Positions 1 to 12,908 of a stretch of DNA of 64,000 nucleotides are shown piece after piece (the stretch's first letter is position 1; each line of letters begins with the position of its first letter). This DNA is from Octopus sinensis. Taxonomy: Eukaryota. The notes below the pieces were generated by a model. That model saw nothing but the letters and a program-made list of their open reading frames with translations, did no database searches and had not been told where the DNA came from. The position numbers and the translations under genes are program-made. The stretch is from assembly GCF_006345805.1 (NCBI RefSeq), contig NC_042999.1, positions 158,968,001-159,032,000 on the forward strand. The letters run 5' to 3'.

Positions 1-258
1 CCACAACTTCATCACAACCCAACGTACAATCCAGTTATCACTGCTCTCAAACCCACACACCCGAACCAGCTTATAATTCATCAGAGAATATATAGAGCCA
101 AGATTAACTTGTATGGTCGAAACTTTTAAGTCACTTATAAATGATATTCTTGTTTAAGAATGATAAATTTATACTGCACAGAAGTATAAAATAACCCATC
201 AAATTAACGTAAAATTGTTTTAATAATAACTAAATCTAACACACATAGATAGACTTTT

Positions 259-347
259 GTGTGTGTGTGTATATACATATATATGTATATACACACATAT
301 ATATACACACATATATATACACACATGTATATATATATAAACTTATG

Positions 348-381
<34 letters not shown>

Positions 382-703
382 ATACATATAAATACATACA
401 TATACGTATACATATATATATATATATGTACATATTTATACATATATATGCATATATATATATATAGATATATATATATATACATACATATGCATATAAA
501 TATATACATATTTATACACATATATATACACATATACACATATATATACACACACATATATATACATAGATATAGATATATATATATATATACACATATA
601 TATACATATATTTATATACATATATATATGCATATATATACATATATATATACATATATACATATACATATATATATATATATATATACATACATATATA
701 AAT

Positions 704-748
<45 letters not shown>

Positions 749-780
749 ATATATATATGCATATAAATTTATATAAATAA
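259..780. repeat. (TA)n/(TACA)n compound microsatellite
   Basis: Directly visible; explains the I/Y/H-rich ORFs here. Confidence 0.97.
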
Positions 781-994
781 GGATATGAACGTTATTTAAG
801 ATACCAATCTTATAAGGTGGCTAGCATAGGAATAAAAACCTCAAAAGTAATAATTATTATTATCCAGAAATCCGGAATCTGGAATTATCCAGTAATTTTT
901 TTGCTATTCTATTTTGTCTCTTTGTTTTAGAATCAAGTCTTGGCTGCTATATCTAACGTGGTGTACCTCTTAGATACCCTTAATTATTATTTAA

Positions 995-997
<3 letters not shown>

Positions 998-1067
<70 letters not shown>

Positions 1068-1220
1068 CATATATATGTATATATATACATATATACATAT
1101 ATACATATATGTATATACATATAGATAGACATATTATATATATATATATATATACATACATATATACATACATATATACATACATATGTAGATACATGCA
1201 CTCACACACACACACAAACA

Positions 1221-1271
<51 letters not shown>

Positions 1272-1282
1272 GTATATATATA
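998..1282. repeat. (TA)n/(CA)n microsatellite
   Basis: Directly visible. Confidence 0.97.
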
Positions 1283-1781
1283 AGTGCACTCGTACTTTGG
1301 ACGGTGTAATGTATTATAATGGCACACTCCTTTGGACGTTCTAAGTTGAATTAGCCTGCAGTTAGAGGTCGTTTCAAGTCGATAAACGTAAATTGTATAA
1401 TTACCAATTTCGTTAGCTGTTTATTACATGATATTAAGCAACCTAAGTAATGAATAAAGTGTTTTGAACACAAACTTAGCAGTTAGTAATAAATGAAGTT
1501 CCATGTCATGAGATTTCAACTGCAGTAAGCATTAAGGATCCTATATCTTACCTGAAGCATTTTGTAGCATGTAGTTATTTTACTTGTAATGCCTGACACA
1601 AGAGCATTGAAGCTTTTTTCAATGAAATTCACGTATATTAAACAAAAGCAAACAGTTATAGCAAACACACAAATATAATAATGGTATGTACAGAAATGAA
1701 TGTCAGAGCACGCTTATGAGCGAACAGCGTGCGTGAAGTAAGACTGATCATTATAGATAATATACTATTAACAGCAATTAT

Positions 1782-1872
1782 TCAGGGTTTTAGGATAGGG
1801 CTAGGATTTTAGGGTTAGGGTTTTAGGGTTAAGGTTAGGGTTAGGGCTGGGGTTTCAGGGATAAGGTTATGG
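1782..1872 (+). repeat. Degenerate (TTAGGG)-like tract just 3' of the Helitron helicase remnant
   Basis: ttttagggttagggttttagggttaaggttagggttaggg with variant units. Confidence 0.8.
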
Positions 1873-2019
1873 AAAAGTGAAAAAGGAAAAAATTGGATGT
1901 GGGTAAGGGGGGATTTTCAAAATTCTGATTGTTGCAATTTTTCAGAATCTCTGTATCCGAAAAGTCAATGAAATGCTTGTAGGAAGTCTGATTACTAACG
2001 GCTACGATTTGGTGTAGAT

Positions 2020-2430
2020 ATGAAGATTGCAAGGCTGCTTTACAGACGAGGTTTTTGCTTTTTCCTTTAGAAGCGTAGATGAATAAATTGTCTGAATGGC
2101 TATTTCTGGAACAACCGTCGTAGAACTGTCCATGGGAAAAGGATGACGTTCGAAGACCCAATCCGACAACTTTCAGCGATTGACCTTGTGCTTTGTTAAC
2201 TCTGATGGCAAAGCTGAGTTTGAGCGGGAACTGAAGTCTCCGGATACAGTATCGGCAGTAAGTTGGGATTAGCGGAATTTTCGCAATAAAAATGGTATCG
2301 TTTTTCCCGTGTCCCGTGATAATTTGGGCTTCAATGACGTGGTTCCACTGCATAGAGTGGGTGCGTTAAGATTGTATAGGAAGATGACAGTGCAACTGAC
2401 TTTTAAGTGAAGTTCATGAGGAAGGAGTCC
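2020..2430 (-). mobile_element. Helitron RepHel remnant, C-terminal PIF1-type helicase (frameshifted)
   Basis: Minus strand gives GLPPHELHLK..NLNAPTLC, then HVIEAQIITG..FIAKIPLIP..RLQFPLKLSFAIRVNKAQGQSLKVVGLGLRTSSFSHGQFYDGCSR, typical of Helitron PIF1 C-termini. Confidence 0.9.
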
Positions 2431-2837
2431 TGTTGGGAGTGGGTAACCTGATCGAGGCCGGTAACGGTGTCAACTGATCTGTGACAACGTTCTTGAGACG
2501 GTAGCCTTGTGGTAACGTGCAAGTATCGGCAGTTTTCAGTGAATGGGCATTGTAAAAACTGTATAACTGTCAGAAATTTGTATGTGCAAAAGCAGAAATA
2601 TATATAATAAGGATCAATTTCTGAAGGTATTTAAAAATAATAATTGAAAATTGATTTAAATTGCATGGCTATCTCAAGGAAGTGCTAATGTGCAAATACC
2701 AGCGGTTTGCAGTGAATGGGCATTGTAAAACCGTAGTAGAAGACGAAGTGAAAGTAGTATAACTACGTCATCAAGAGTTATATGCCTTGAAGCAACGATC
2801 GTTGGTATTTGTAATTTACCGACGATATATATATGTA

Positions 2838-3285
2838 TACTCTTTACTCTTTTACTTGTTTCAGTCATTTGACTGCGGCCATGCTGGAGCACCGCCTTTC
2901 AGTCGAGCAAATCAACCACAGGACTTTGGAAGCCTTTGGAAGCCTAGTACTTATTCTATCGGTCTCTTTTGCGTAACCGCTAAGTTAGGGGGGCATAAAT
3001 ACACCAGCATCGGTTATCGAGCGATAACATACACACAAACATATACACACACATACATACATACATGCACACACACACACACATATGTGTATATATATAT
3101 ATATATATATACATATATATACATATATACGACGGGATTCTTTCAGTTTCCGTCTACCAAATCCACTCATAAGGCTTTGGTCGGCCCGAGGCTAGAAATC
3201 ACTTGCACAATGTGCCACGCAATGGGAGTGAACCCGGAACCATGTGGTGGGTAAGCAAGCTAATTACCACACAGCCACTCCTGCG
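2838..3285 (-). mobile_element. tRNA-derived SINE family 1, full length, with internal (TA/TG)n
   Basis: Head gcaggagtggctgtgtggtaa..ggttccgggttcactcc with A/B-box-like motifs; tail gcagtcaaatgactgaaacaagtaaaagag; same layout at 24168, 41572 and 45775. Confidence 0.9.
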
Positions 3286-3287
3286 AC

Positions 3288-3338
3288 TATGTATATATAA
3301 GATATACATATATATATAAGATATATATATATATTTAT

Positions 3339-3372
<34 letters not shown>

Positions 3373-3374
3373 AG

Positions 3375-3413
<39 letters not shown>

Positions 3414-3500
3414 ATATATAAGATATATATATATATATAATGATACATATATAAAGGATATATATATATACACACACATATGTACATACATATACACTAC
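3288..3500. repeat. (TA)n-rich microsatellite
   Basis: Directly visible. Confidence 0.95.
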
Positions 3501-5476
3501 CACACCCACCCACACAAGAACACATACACCTAATCGGCAGTATTGACAAAGACACGAGAAAATGTTTCGTTATAATTACTTTTGATAGGCAACATTTTTT
3601 GTGATAAACAAAACATCGCAGCTTAGACATATATTTAATTGAAAAGTCGTTCATTCAAAGGCTTTGATATAACGTCAAGAAAAATTCACGTATATAGAAT
3701 TTAAACTTCAATTTTTAAGAATATTTCCTTTGAAAAATATTTGTTTAAACTGAGTTGTGTAATTTTATATATTAGATACATAGAGAGTTTAGGCTCTTAA
3801 CCTTTGTAGTGTACTTGCATCTAGGAGATTTTTATTGTGAATCTTTAAAGAAACTTTTTGCTTACTTTTTGTTTAGAATTATTTAGTCATAATCTATATA
3901 CGCCAGTATATCTCTGTTCAGACGTTTTTTCAGCAATCATTTTCAGAATTGAGTCATAGTGTGTGGCTTCTCGCGCGAACGTTTTCCACCTACTCCTCAT
4001 ATACACCAAAGACTTATGTGAGAAATTTGGTGGACGAAAAATGCGTCAAAGTTTGTAGGCAATTACTGATTTTGTTTTGTAGATTAACTTCTTTATCCAG
4101 TTAGGCACCACTGTCTAATGCTTTGGATATGTATGTAGTGGAGTCGACATTGCCACAACTACATCAACTAATTCTCCACTCAAAATGTATCTTCTTACAA
4201 GTGTTGGTGTTCCTGTAAAATGCTTTAACTCCTGTAACTTGACTATTATAAATATAAATAAAAGTAATCTATCAAATTTTACATAACTTCTTTTTTAAAA
4301 AATTGTTCTATGAAACCGATTGAAATGTATTTATGTGAATGCAAAAGTACCAAATAAACAATAAATAGTTTATCACACTGAAATATATTGATATATAGTT
4401 TTGTGGCTTTTTTTTTTCTTAAAATCTCGCCGTTTAAAAACTACATTTAGAAATTATTATTATTCCCGTCGTATATCAGACTACCGGTTTCGTTTCATTG
4501 ACTTTCTTAAAGAAATATTAACTGGGTTTTTTTAATTCTTATGGAAATATATTTGCAACAGTTATATCACAACTAAATGAAGCTGTATTATGTTACAGTG
4601 TTAACGAAGCAGGATGGAAAATGCATTACTTCAGAAATGAGTTCAGATACGTTTTAGAATTAATTTAATTTATGTTGACGTCACTTCCATTCTAGTTGCA
4701 AGAAAGAATTGTTATTTTATTTATTATTAGCAGCGTTAGTGAAATGAGGACTTTAAAACACACTGTTAACTAATTATGAATGCTGTAGGACGATCGCAAA
4801 CGAATCACTCTTTAAATAATTCTCCAGCAATGTTTGCCAGCGAGATTACATTCTAAATTCATCCGAAGTTATTTCGTTATACGCCAAATGCTACTAGTAC
4901 ATGTTTCTTACAAGTATCGAATTTCTCCACCACACATATTTTGATGCTTTGTTTCTAAGCCATATATCAATATATTTCAGTGTGATAAACTGCTAATTGT
5001 TTATTTTGTACTTTTGCATTCACATAAATACATTTGAATTGGTTTCATAGAACATTTCTAGAGAAACATAGCAACTTCAGTCTATGGTGAATTTCTTTGA
5101 CTAGCAACCAATATTTATTATTGAATGCCATAAATATAGAATATATTTAGCTTGATATAATTTTACAAAAATAAAAAATTATTTATGTCTGACTATTTAT
5201 TCTCTTTATCGATTGATTAAATATTTAGCAAATATTGATTCGAAACTGTTTGCGGTAATGATTAATTTGCACTATTTTGTTGAAGTTTTACTTGAAGACT
5301 GTCTTTGACGAAATGTGTTCCACGTATAGAATTGTGGAAAGCAATATTTGAAGTCAAGTACTTTTCTGAAAACATTCTTCAAGTAAATGCCTAATGAAAT
5401 TGATAAAAAAATTAATTATTTTTGTTAGATTTCTATTATGGAGGAGCAAAGTCTAACGGTTAGGTATAATAAACTT

Positions 5477-5901
5477 GGGATCTGTTCAGTTTGAACGGCA
5501 GTTTTTAACATAATTTCTAGATAACTAAAAAATGTTAAACTTCGTATACTGGTAGAATGTGTTTATAAAACATCTTTTTCTCTTGGCTTTATTGGGAAAA
5601 TACTATAGTTTGTAAGATATTTGTTGTTTTTTTTCTTCAATGTCTGCAATTTCAACCAATCACTGACGTCCATTGAGGTAAAAAACATTCTGTGTCGTAT
5701 GAATATGTCCCTCGTTTAATAAACAGATTGGGTTTATTTACATTTGTGAAGAAAAAAGATACCCTTCCCCCCACCTCTAACCCTAACCCTAACCCTAAAA
5801 CAGATTGAATTGCAATAGATCGATACTAAGGTCATAATTATGGGTGACAATTTAATATGACACCACTAGAAAAAACTGCCGTTCAAACCGAAAAGAATCC
5901 C
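5477..5901. mobile_element. Non-autonomous TIR element (MITE-like, 425 bp) with internal (CCCTAA)n, flanked by 85-bp direct repeats
   Basis: Left gggatctgttcagtttgaacggcagttttt versus right aaaaactgccgttcaaaccgaaaagaatccc (imperfect ~30-bp TIR); 5392-5476 and 5902-5986 match at 84/85. Confidence 0.8.
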
Positions 5902-6241
5902 TAATGAAATTGATAAAAAAATTAATTATTTTTGTTAGATTTCTATTATGGAGGAGCAACGTCTAACGGTTAGGTATAATAAACTTGCGATAAGTATGGC
6001 GTGGGATCAATTCTCGGATGGGGGGGCGTGTTATATTTTGAGGCAAGGTATTTCGTATTTTTCTAGTAAACTTAGCCAGAGGAATTGGAACCCGAAAATT
6101 AGAACAACGTTTAGCTGATAGAACATTTAGAACGTTTAGCTGATAGACATTCTGGACAACGTTCAGCCTCATGAGGGTATGGCCGGACAGGCATCTATAT
6201 ACCTAACAAGCAAATATCTCTTCTGTAGCTGTATTATATCA

Positions 6242-6648
6242 CTAGCAGCATAGCCCGGCGTTGCCCAGCTATGTAAGAGCCCCTAGTAGGCAACGACTAA
6301 TCCCAATCTAGTTCTTTCCCTCTAGGGAACGAAGGCGCATGTGTAGGTTGCAATGTCTTCTCTTCACTCGAATACTTCTATGTATACGATGTTCCTAACC
6401 GACTCCCGACAGAAAGTGTGTTGCATATAAAAAGCTTAGATTCTCGACCCCATGTCGAATTTATCGATGTTTTTCAGAACTGGGGGAACTTTTATAATTT
6501 TCGCTGCGTTAGTTTTGAATTATGACATTAGGCTATGTGTGCGTCAAGTTTCATCAGAATCGGTTGAAAGCCGTGGTCAGGGTGAGGGTACAACCTGACA
6601 GCCACACAGACACACAGACAGACAAACTGCCATTTATATATAGAGAGA
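6242..6648 (-). mobile_element. Non-autonomous Helitron (5' type X, 3' type P)
   Basis: On minus: A|TC start, (CTGT)-like microsatellite, GC-rich subterminal hairpin, CTAG|T end. Confidence 0.85.
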
Positions 6649-6992
6649 TGACTATAACACTGGTGTACGGACCAAACAAAAGAAGCTCGCGAGTTGACCT
6701 GAGTAATGCTAGTTAGATTTATCGTCCTAAATTTCTTAATATTCACGTTCTTTCGACGAATAGTTGTGCTTATTTTTTGGGGGGAGAATATCTGCAGTAA
6801 AATGACAAGATAAAAAGTATTTAGACTAAGATAAATAGGATAATTTGCTATGTTGTATAAGTAGCGGCAACAGCACAACCATATTGATAGAGTGCAACCT
6901 AACTGTTCACACCAGCTCATTAACTCCGCTATCTAAGTTCTCCGCATCTATATATCTATGTGTATACACACAAACACACACACACATACATA

Positions 6993-7379
6993 TCTTTATA
7001 TATAAAAGTGAAGTTGTGTGCTATCTGTCTCCTACGATTTAGATTCCTAACTACTCCCACATTTTGCGGTGCAGTTTAACCAAAACCGGGTATCTTATAG
7101 TCGTGATTCATATCGAGCCCTTCTGGGTATTAGCGCGCATCTACGATGAGTCTACGATTTTAAAACAAAATTACCATAATTTTTTCCATTTTAATGCATT
7201 TTTTTCGCTATTATATAAGGGAAGTAACTCTCTAAAAATGTCTACGATGAGTCAACGATTTAAAAAAATTTACCATTATTTTTTCCCCATTTTTAATGCA
7301 TTTTTTGGCTATAACTCTCTAAATATGCTTATATAATTATTTCCCTTACAAACCCGAGTAACGGCGGGCGATACTGCTA

Positions 7380-7380
<1 letters not shown>
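6993..7380 (+). mobile_element. Non-autonomous Helitron (5' type Y, 3' type Q)
   Basis: A|TCtttatatataaaag start; cccgagtaacggcgggcgatactgCTAG|T end; homologous to 27903-28300. Confidence 0.85.
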
Positions 7381-7449
<69 letters not shown>

Positions 7450-7544
7450 TTACAGTTTTAATTAATCGGCATGTGTCCATCATTGATAGTGAACGAAGGC
7501 CTAAGCAGTTAATTTATTGTGTAACTCCTCCGATGAATAATCAT

Positions 7545-7695
7545 TTCTACTATAGGTACAAGATCTGAAATTTTGCGGGAGATGGGTTACTCGATTACAT
7601 TATAACCAATGCTAAAAGGGTACTCAATTAATCGACGACAAAAGGATGAAAAGCAAAGTCGTCCTTGGCGAAATTTAAACAGAGAACATAAAGAT
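7545..7695 (-). mobile_element. Degenerate SINE family 2 fragment
   Basis: aaaggatgaaaagcaaagtcgtccttggcgaaatttaaac resembles the family 2 core. Confidence 0.6.
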
Positions 7696-7909
7696 GGACA
7701 AAATGTTGCCAGGCATTTTATTCAGCGAGGCAATGATTTTGCCAACTCACAGCCTTAATCTGCCGATTAATAATAAAACAGATATATATATACTCAGGTT
7801 TTTAATTCTAGTCTCCTGTTTGTATCGTCCTGTGACTCTTCTTTTTAGCGTTATTTTGTTTTCCCCATCTTGTCTTTATATAGTATCCTTCTCCGCGCTT
7901 ATCTACGTA

Positions 7910-8280
7910 CTAGCAGTATCGCCCGGCGTTGCTCAGGTTTGTAAGGGAAATAACTATAAAGCATTTTTAGAGAGTTATAGCCAAAAAATAGCAAAAAAAT
8001 TATGGTAAATTTTTTTTTGAGTTAAAAAAGGTTGAGTTGCGTCCCCTAGACAGTCTGTGGTTTGTTTCTGATTCTCGACCCCATGTCGATTTTATCGATA
8101 TTTTTCAGAACTGGGGGAACTTTTAAAAATTTTCGCTGCGTTAGTTTTGAATTATGACATTGGGCTATGTGTGTGTCAAGTTTCATCAGAATCGGTTGAA
8201 AGCCGTGGTCAGGGTGAGGGTACAAGCAAACAGACACACAGAAACACGCACAGACAAACTGCCGTTTATATATAGAGAGA
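7910..8280 (-). mobile_element. Non-autonomous Helitron, chimeric (5' type X, 3' type Q)
   Basis: A|TC..CTAG|T on minus; 5' ~240 bp match 6242-6648 and the 3' part matches the end of 6993-7380. Confidence 0.85.
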
Positions 8281-8931
8281 TTTCGAATATGTATGTTTAA
8301 CTTGTGTGTGTGTGTGTCCAGGGGTGGGAGTTTTATATTCCGCTACTTCCACAACTTGTAGCTGTGTCACCCTTTTCCCTATGGAATAGTAACACACCCA
8401 CTCCACAAATTAAGGATTGACCTCAAAATAGGGCACACGAAAGAAAGAGTGACACAGATACAAACAAAGCAATATACAACCCCCAACTCCCATACGCGAG
8501 ATGCATCTACATGTTCCAAAGACATAGACACATACACAGAGGCACAGAGGCGAGCACATGAACAAAGATACATATGAGAGAAAGGCAAGATGGAGTAAAC
8601 ACAATAACGCCGGAAAGAAGAAGAGACAGAGAAGAAGAAATAGTGAATGAGAGTCGAAAGAGCTTTGACAAAATAACCAACAATTAGTAATAATAAAGCT
8701 GAAGTTAAAGCCAAACAGTGCGTGTGTTGATTGGCAAATGACTATCCACAAATATGACGATACAACTAAAAAAACGTAATATACGAAATGTATGTTCAGA
8801 AATGTATATTTAAACGGGATCATGACCCAACAGATGATGAGAAATCAAGGGTCATTTTCAAAAACATATCTTTTCAATTTAGAAGAAGTATAACTGTACA
8901 CATGAGTGTAGAAACATAAGCTCATATCAGA

Positions 8932-8963
<32 letters not shown>

Positions 8964-8974
8964 CGCGAGTGTGC

Positions 8975-9165
8975 ATATATGTGTGTGTCTGTCTGTCTGC
9001 GTTTTTCCCCCACCACTGCTTGACAACCGGTGTTGGTGTGTTTACGTCCCCGTAATTTACCAAGGCTTTCAAAACATAAGTACTGGGGTCAATTCGTTGA
9101 ACTAATTTTTTTCAAGGTGCTGCACCGGCCTAGCCGCAGTCAAATGACTTAAACAGGTAAAAGAA
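8975..9165 (+). mobile_element. SINE family 1-related 3' half
   Basis: gcttgacaaccggtgttggtgtgtttacgtccccg..gccgcagtcaaatgacttaaacaggtaaaaga. Confidence 0.75.
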
Positions 9166-9229
9166 TATATGTGAGCGTTCATATTTTGCTGAATGACACA
9201 AATGGTTTGTTTATAGTGATGAAATGTTC

Positions 9230-9407
9230 GTGTCGCACATCAGCTCGCTCTCTCCATCAGATCACCGCCGTCTGAACAGGTGCACGGTGTGCCGCACGTC
9301 GAAGTGATCGCAGAACAACGCGAGAAGTGTTTAGCTCAATAAAATTGAAAATTACAATCTAGCGATCGTGAATGCAACACCCTAACCGCGAGGTCATGCG
9401 CCCTCAC
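9230..9407 (-). mobile_element. Old tRNA-headed SINE fragment
   Basis: Minus strand begins gtgagggcgcatgacctcgcggttagggtgttgcattcacgatcg, a decayed tRNA-like head. Confidence 0.5.
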
Positions 9408-9569
9408 ATATATACATACACGCGATTTTCTGATTACATAATTGATAATTATTTTTATGAACACGAGCAATGAAAATTAACAATGTTGACACCAATTGAA
9501 TTTGAACTTGGAGAGTAAAAACTCTGTAGTTGCCTTTCTGTCTCTACATATGTGTGAGTAGAGGGTTGA

Positions 9570-9992
9570 TATGTATAAGCAAAGTAAGACAAGGTGGAAA
9601 ATGCTAAAATAATTTTATTATGAAGAACATTTTAGTACCGGTTTCAGCCTTCGCGACCTTTTCAACTTAGAGTAAAGCAGGTAAAACAATTAAATTGTGG
9701 AAAAATTAAATGGAATGTTTTTTTTTTTATGTCCATAGTTTTCAAATACTACCAAGATTTCACATGAGTAAAAGAGAGAGAACAGACAGAAAGAAGGAAA
9801 ATGTCCTTGTATTTGAAAACTGGAAATATTTTTTAAAAAAACATTTCATTTCCTTTTTGCCACAATTTAATTATTTTTCATGCTTTACTCAATGCTGAAA
9901 AAGTAGCAAAACTGAAACCGGTACTAAAATGTTCTTCCTGATAAAATTATTTTAGCATTTTAGCACTTTCTACTTTGTCTTATTTTGCTTAT
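9570..9992. mobile_element. Palindromic element with ~80-bp inverted arms, each carrying a hammerhead-like motif
   Basis: Left ..aaaatgctaaaataattttattatgaagaacattttagtaccggtttcag is inverted against right ctgaaaccggtactaaaatgttcttcctgataaaattattttagcatttt; same family as 44735-44917. Confidence 0.75.
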
Positions 9993-10077
9993 ATATATAT
10001 ATACATATACATATACATTTACACACGTACATACATATATACACATATATATACACACACACACGCATATATATATA

Positions 10078-10133
<56 letters not shown>

Positions 10134-11391
10134 CGTGACACCGATGAGATCAGGATAACATGCAGAAATGTCTGATAAATCAAATTACGCGTTCGGAGAA
10201 TTTATAGTGGCTTAATATAAGATAATATAATTTAAAAGATATTAAGAAATGCGAAAGAAGATTATGAAGAAATTATATAATACGAACGTATTTTCATATT
10301 AAAATCCTGTCATCACATTGATTATTTGCAAAAATGATCCACTGAAGGAAAATAGATAGCAAATATAGACATAAAAAAACACTGTAGATAACAACGAAAT
10401 ATATCAGAGTAAATCTATGAATTTTAAAAGAAAGTCATGAATCTGTAGAAAGCCATTAAGTCTATTATAATTTTTATGCAACGCTGAGATAGTGATAGAA
10501 TTAGCTCTTCGTTATTAAACCTGACATGAATAGTATAGAAATTTAAGGAAACTAGAATCTGAAAATGTATGACAATAAGAAACACAATTTTGCGTGTCTC
10601 AACATAAAAAGGCATCACCAGTACAAAATTAAATCAATTCATAAAAATAGACCGAAGAATTGAAGATAATATAAAGAACAATTCTCATAAATGAAATGGG
10701 TGCATTTGGAGTGGATGTAAAATCAAAATTATTTTAACACATCACTATCACGAGGCTCATATATTTTATTAGAAATGTTCCAACAATAAAAACGTTTCAA
10801 TTATAGAAATCTTTTGAAAAAATTCAAGTATGTCACAAGAAATATTTCACTGCCCAAAGCATAAGATAAAATATAACTTTCTTCACTGTATTTTGTTGCA
10901 TGTTAGCATTAGTCATAACGATGAAGATTGATCACTACTTCAACATGACGTGCAAATAAATTGCGTGGATGTTCTACAAATATTACAAACATAAATTAAT
11001 TACGAAGTCAGTATATACTAATAAATAAATAAGATGAGCTTCCTCGCTGATTATGGAATTTAACAAACATTTAATTTTCATATGTCTCACTCGAAGATTT
11101 CATAAAAATATAGTATCAAATTGAACATATATATATATATTTACCACGTTACAAAATTATGTTCAGTATACACAAGAAATAGAATCATCCGAGTCAATCC
11201 GTTTCTTAGATGTGGTTTCGTATTTTTCGGTAAGTTTTACAACAAAACTCTCAATTCCTGGACAATAAAACGCAGACAGAGAAACTTGCAATGATATGCC
11301 TATGGGTTCCAAATGGAGAACAAGAGAATGAGAACGAAAATCGTAAGTGCTGTGAGATATATATATATATATTATATATATATATATACAT

Positions 11392-11451
<60 letters not shown>

Positions 11452-12154
11452 GAAGGTTTGAAAATGCAATTTTAAAAGATGTTTGTTCACTTGCCCGGTT
11501 TCACTTTTTTAGAAAAGACTTATTAATAGTAAAATGTGAAAGCTTTGTAAAAGCTTTGTTGTGTTAAGTGCTGGTTGTCACAAAATATTACAATACATAT
11601 ATACATTATTTGATAATAATAAGAAAATGTTTAAAACAGTTTACAGGAAAAATCTTGGGAAAATATTAAAAAGTTCGTTAAAAATATTAGGATTTCATTA
11701 AAAATCATGTTTTTTTGGGAAGTATCTATATATACACAGAAAATTATAAGTTCAAAAAGGTCATATTTTGGTGGTATATATATATACACAGAAGGAGATA
11801 TATTTAGGAGTTTACAAAGAATTTGAGATGATCTGACCTGTTTCACCATTTTCTCGTAAAAGGCTATTTACTATTTTAAGGGACAGTGAGGGAGGCTGGT
11901 ATATTTGGTATATCCTACCAAATATTAAACACACAGAGACACAGTTACATACACCGCAATAAACCCTGGGACCAATCAAAAACGGCCCACACACACAAAC
12001 ACAAACACATGTATATACACGCACACAGAGACATGCACGCTCACACCATTCTGACCTCAAAGACCAGTCCCCCAAACCACTGAACCTTGAAAGAGAAACA
12101 AAAAAAATCCTTTCAGTTCCACATTGCTCTTCCTTCTCCCCACTCAAACCAACT

Positions 12155-12384
12155 TCAGAAAGTCGGTGCATTCGACGGAACAACTGCGCCGTCATTTTTC
12201 TTCGGGCGCCAGTCCTTTGCCGATCTTTATATTGACCAGTCTCCGAGTATAACTTCCACGTTTGCACGCAAGCCATTTTACTGCACTTTAGTTGCTTGCT
12301 GATGTTCAAAAAGGAAACTTTTTGCTGGTGGAGTAATACGATTTTAGCTTTCGTGACTGGACTGAGGCTACATTGTTTTCCCAT
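12155..12384 (-). mobile_element. Tc1-family transposase N-terminal HTH remnant
   Basis: MGKQCSLSPVTKAKIVLLHQQKVSFLNISKQLKCSKMACVQTWKLYSETGQYKDRQRTGARRKMT fits the Tc1 paired-like domain followed by a GRPR-like linker. Confidence 0.75.
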
Positions 12385-12761
12385 TATTAATCAATTGTAT
12401 AATAACGTTAAATTATAAAACTATATAGTAAAGTTAGGCTAGTTATGTGACCAACCATTTTCGCAAAAAAATTGCATACCTATTACATGGTCTTAAACTA
12501 ATTTTGCCGGTAAATTTGAAACGTTTATATTAATATCGCCTTAGAATTTTTCAAGTTGTATAAAAAATAGTTATTGTCTGCATCATTCGAAAGAGGAATA
12601 AATTCTGCATAAGGTGTAAAAGATAAAGATAAATTGTATTGTGCTAGTAACAAAATATTTTGTAGCAAATAGAACTTTTATCATGGGTCTTAAATTTATT
12701 TTCGCCAGTGTAGATAGGTACACAGGTAATATAAACATATGGACACACACATACATACATA

Positions 12762-12777
12762 CAAATGTGCACACATG

Positions 12778-12819
<42 letters not shown>

Positions 12820-12877
12820 TATATGTGCATACACACATACATACATGCATACATACGTACATATATACATGCATACA

Positions 12878-12908
<31 letters not shown>

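Noticed and set aside
204-1309. Long ORFs rich in I/Y/H/T/C/V, and similar ORFs at 12.6k, 19.4k, 47.9k, 53.7k, 55.1k and 60.7k
   Set aside because: Translations of microsatellites, not genes.
1782-1872. True telomere or fusion site
   Set aside because: Short, degenerate, one orientation only, and attached to a Helitron remnant.
11901-11925. Perfect 10-bp hairpin atatttggta/taccaaatat
   Set aside because: Isolated and AT-rich, with no associated element end.
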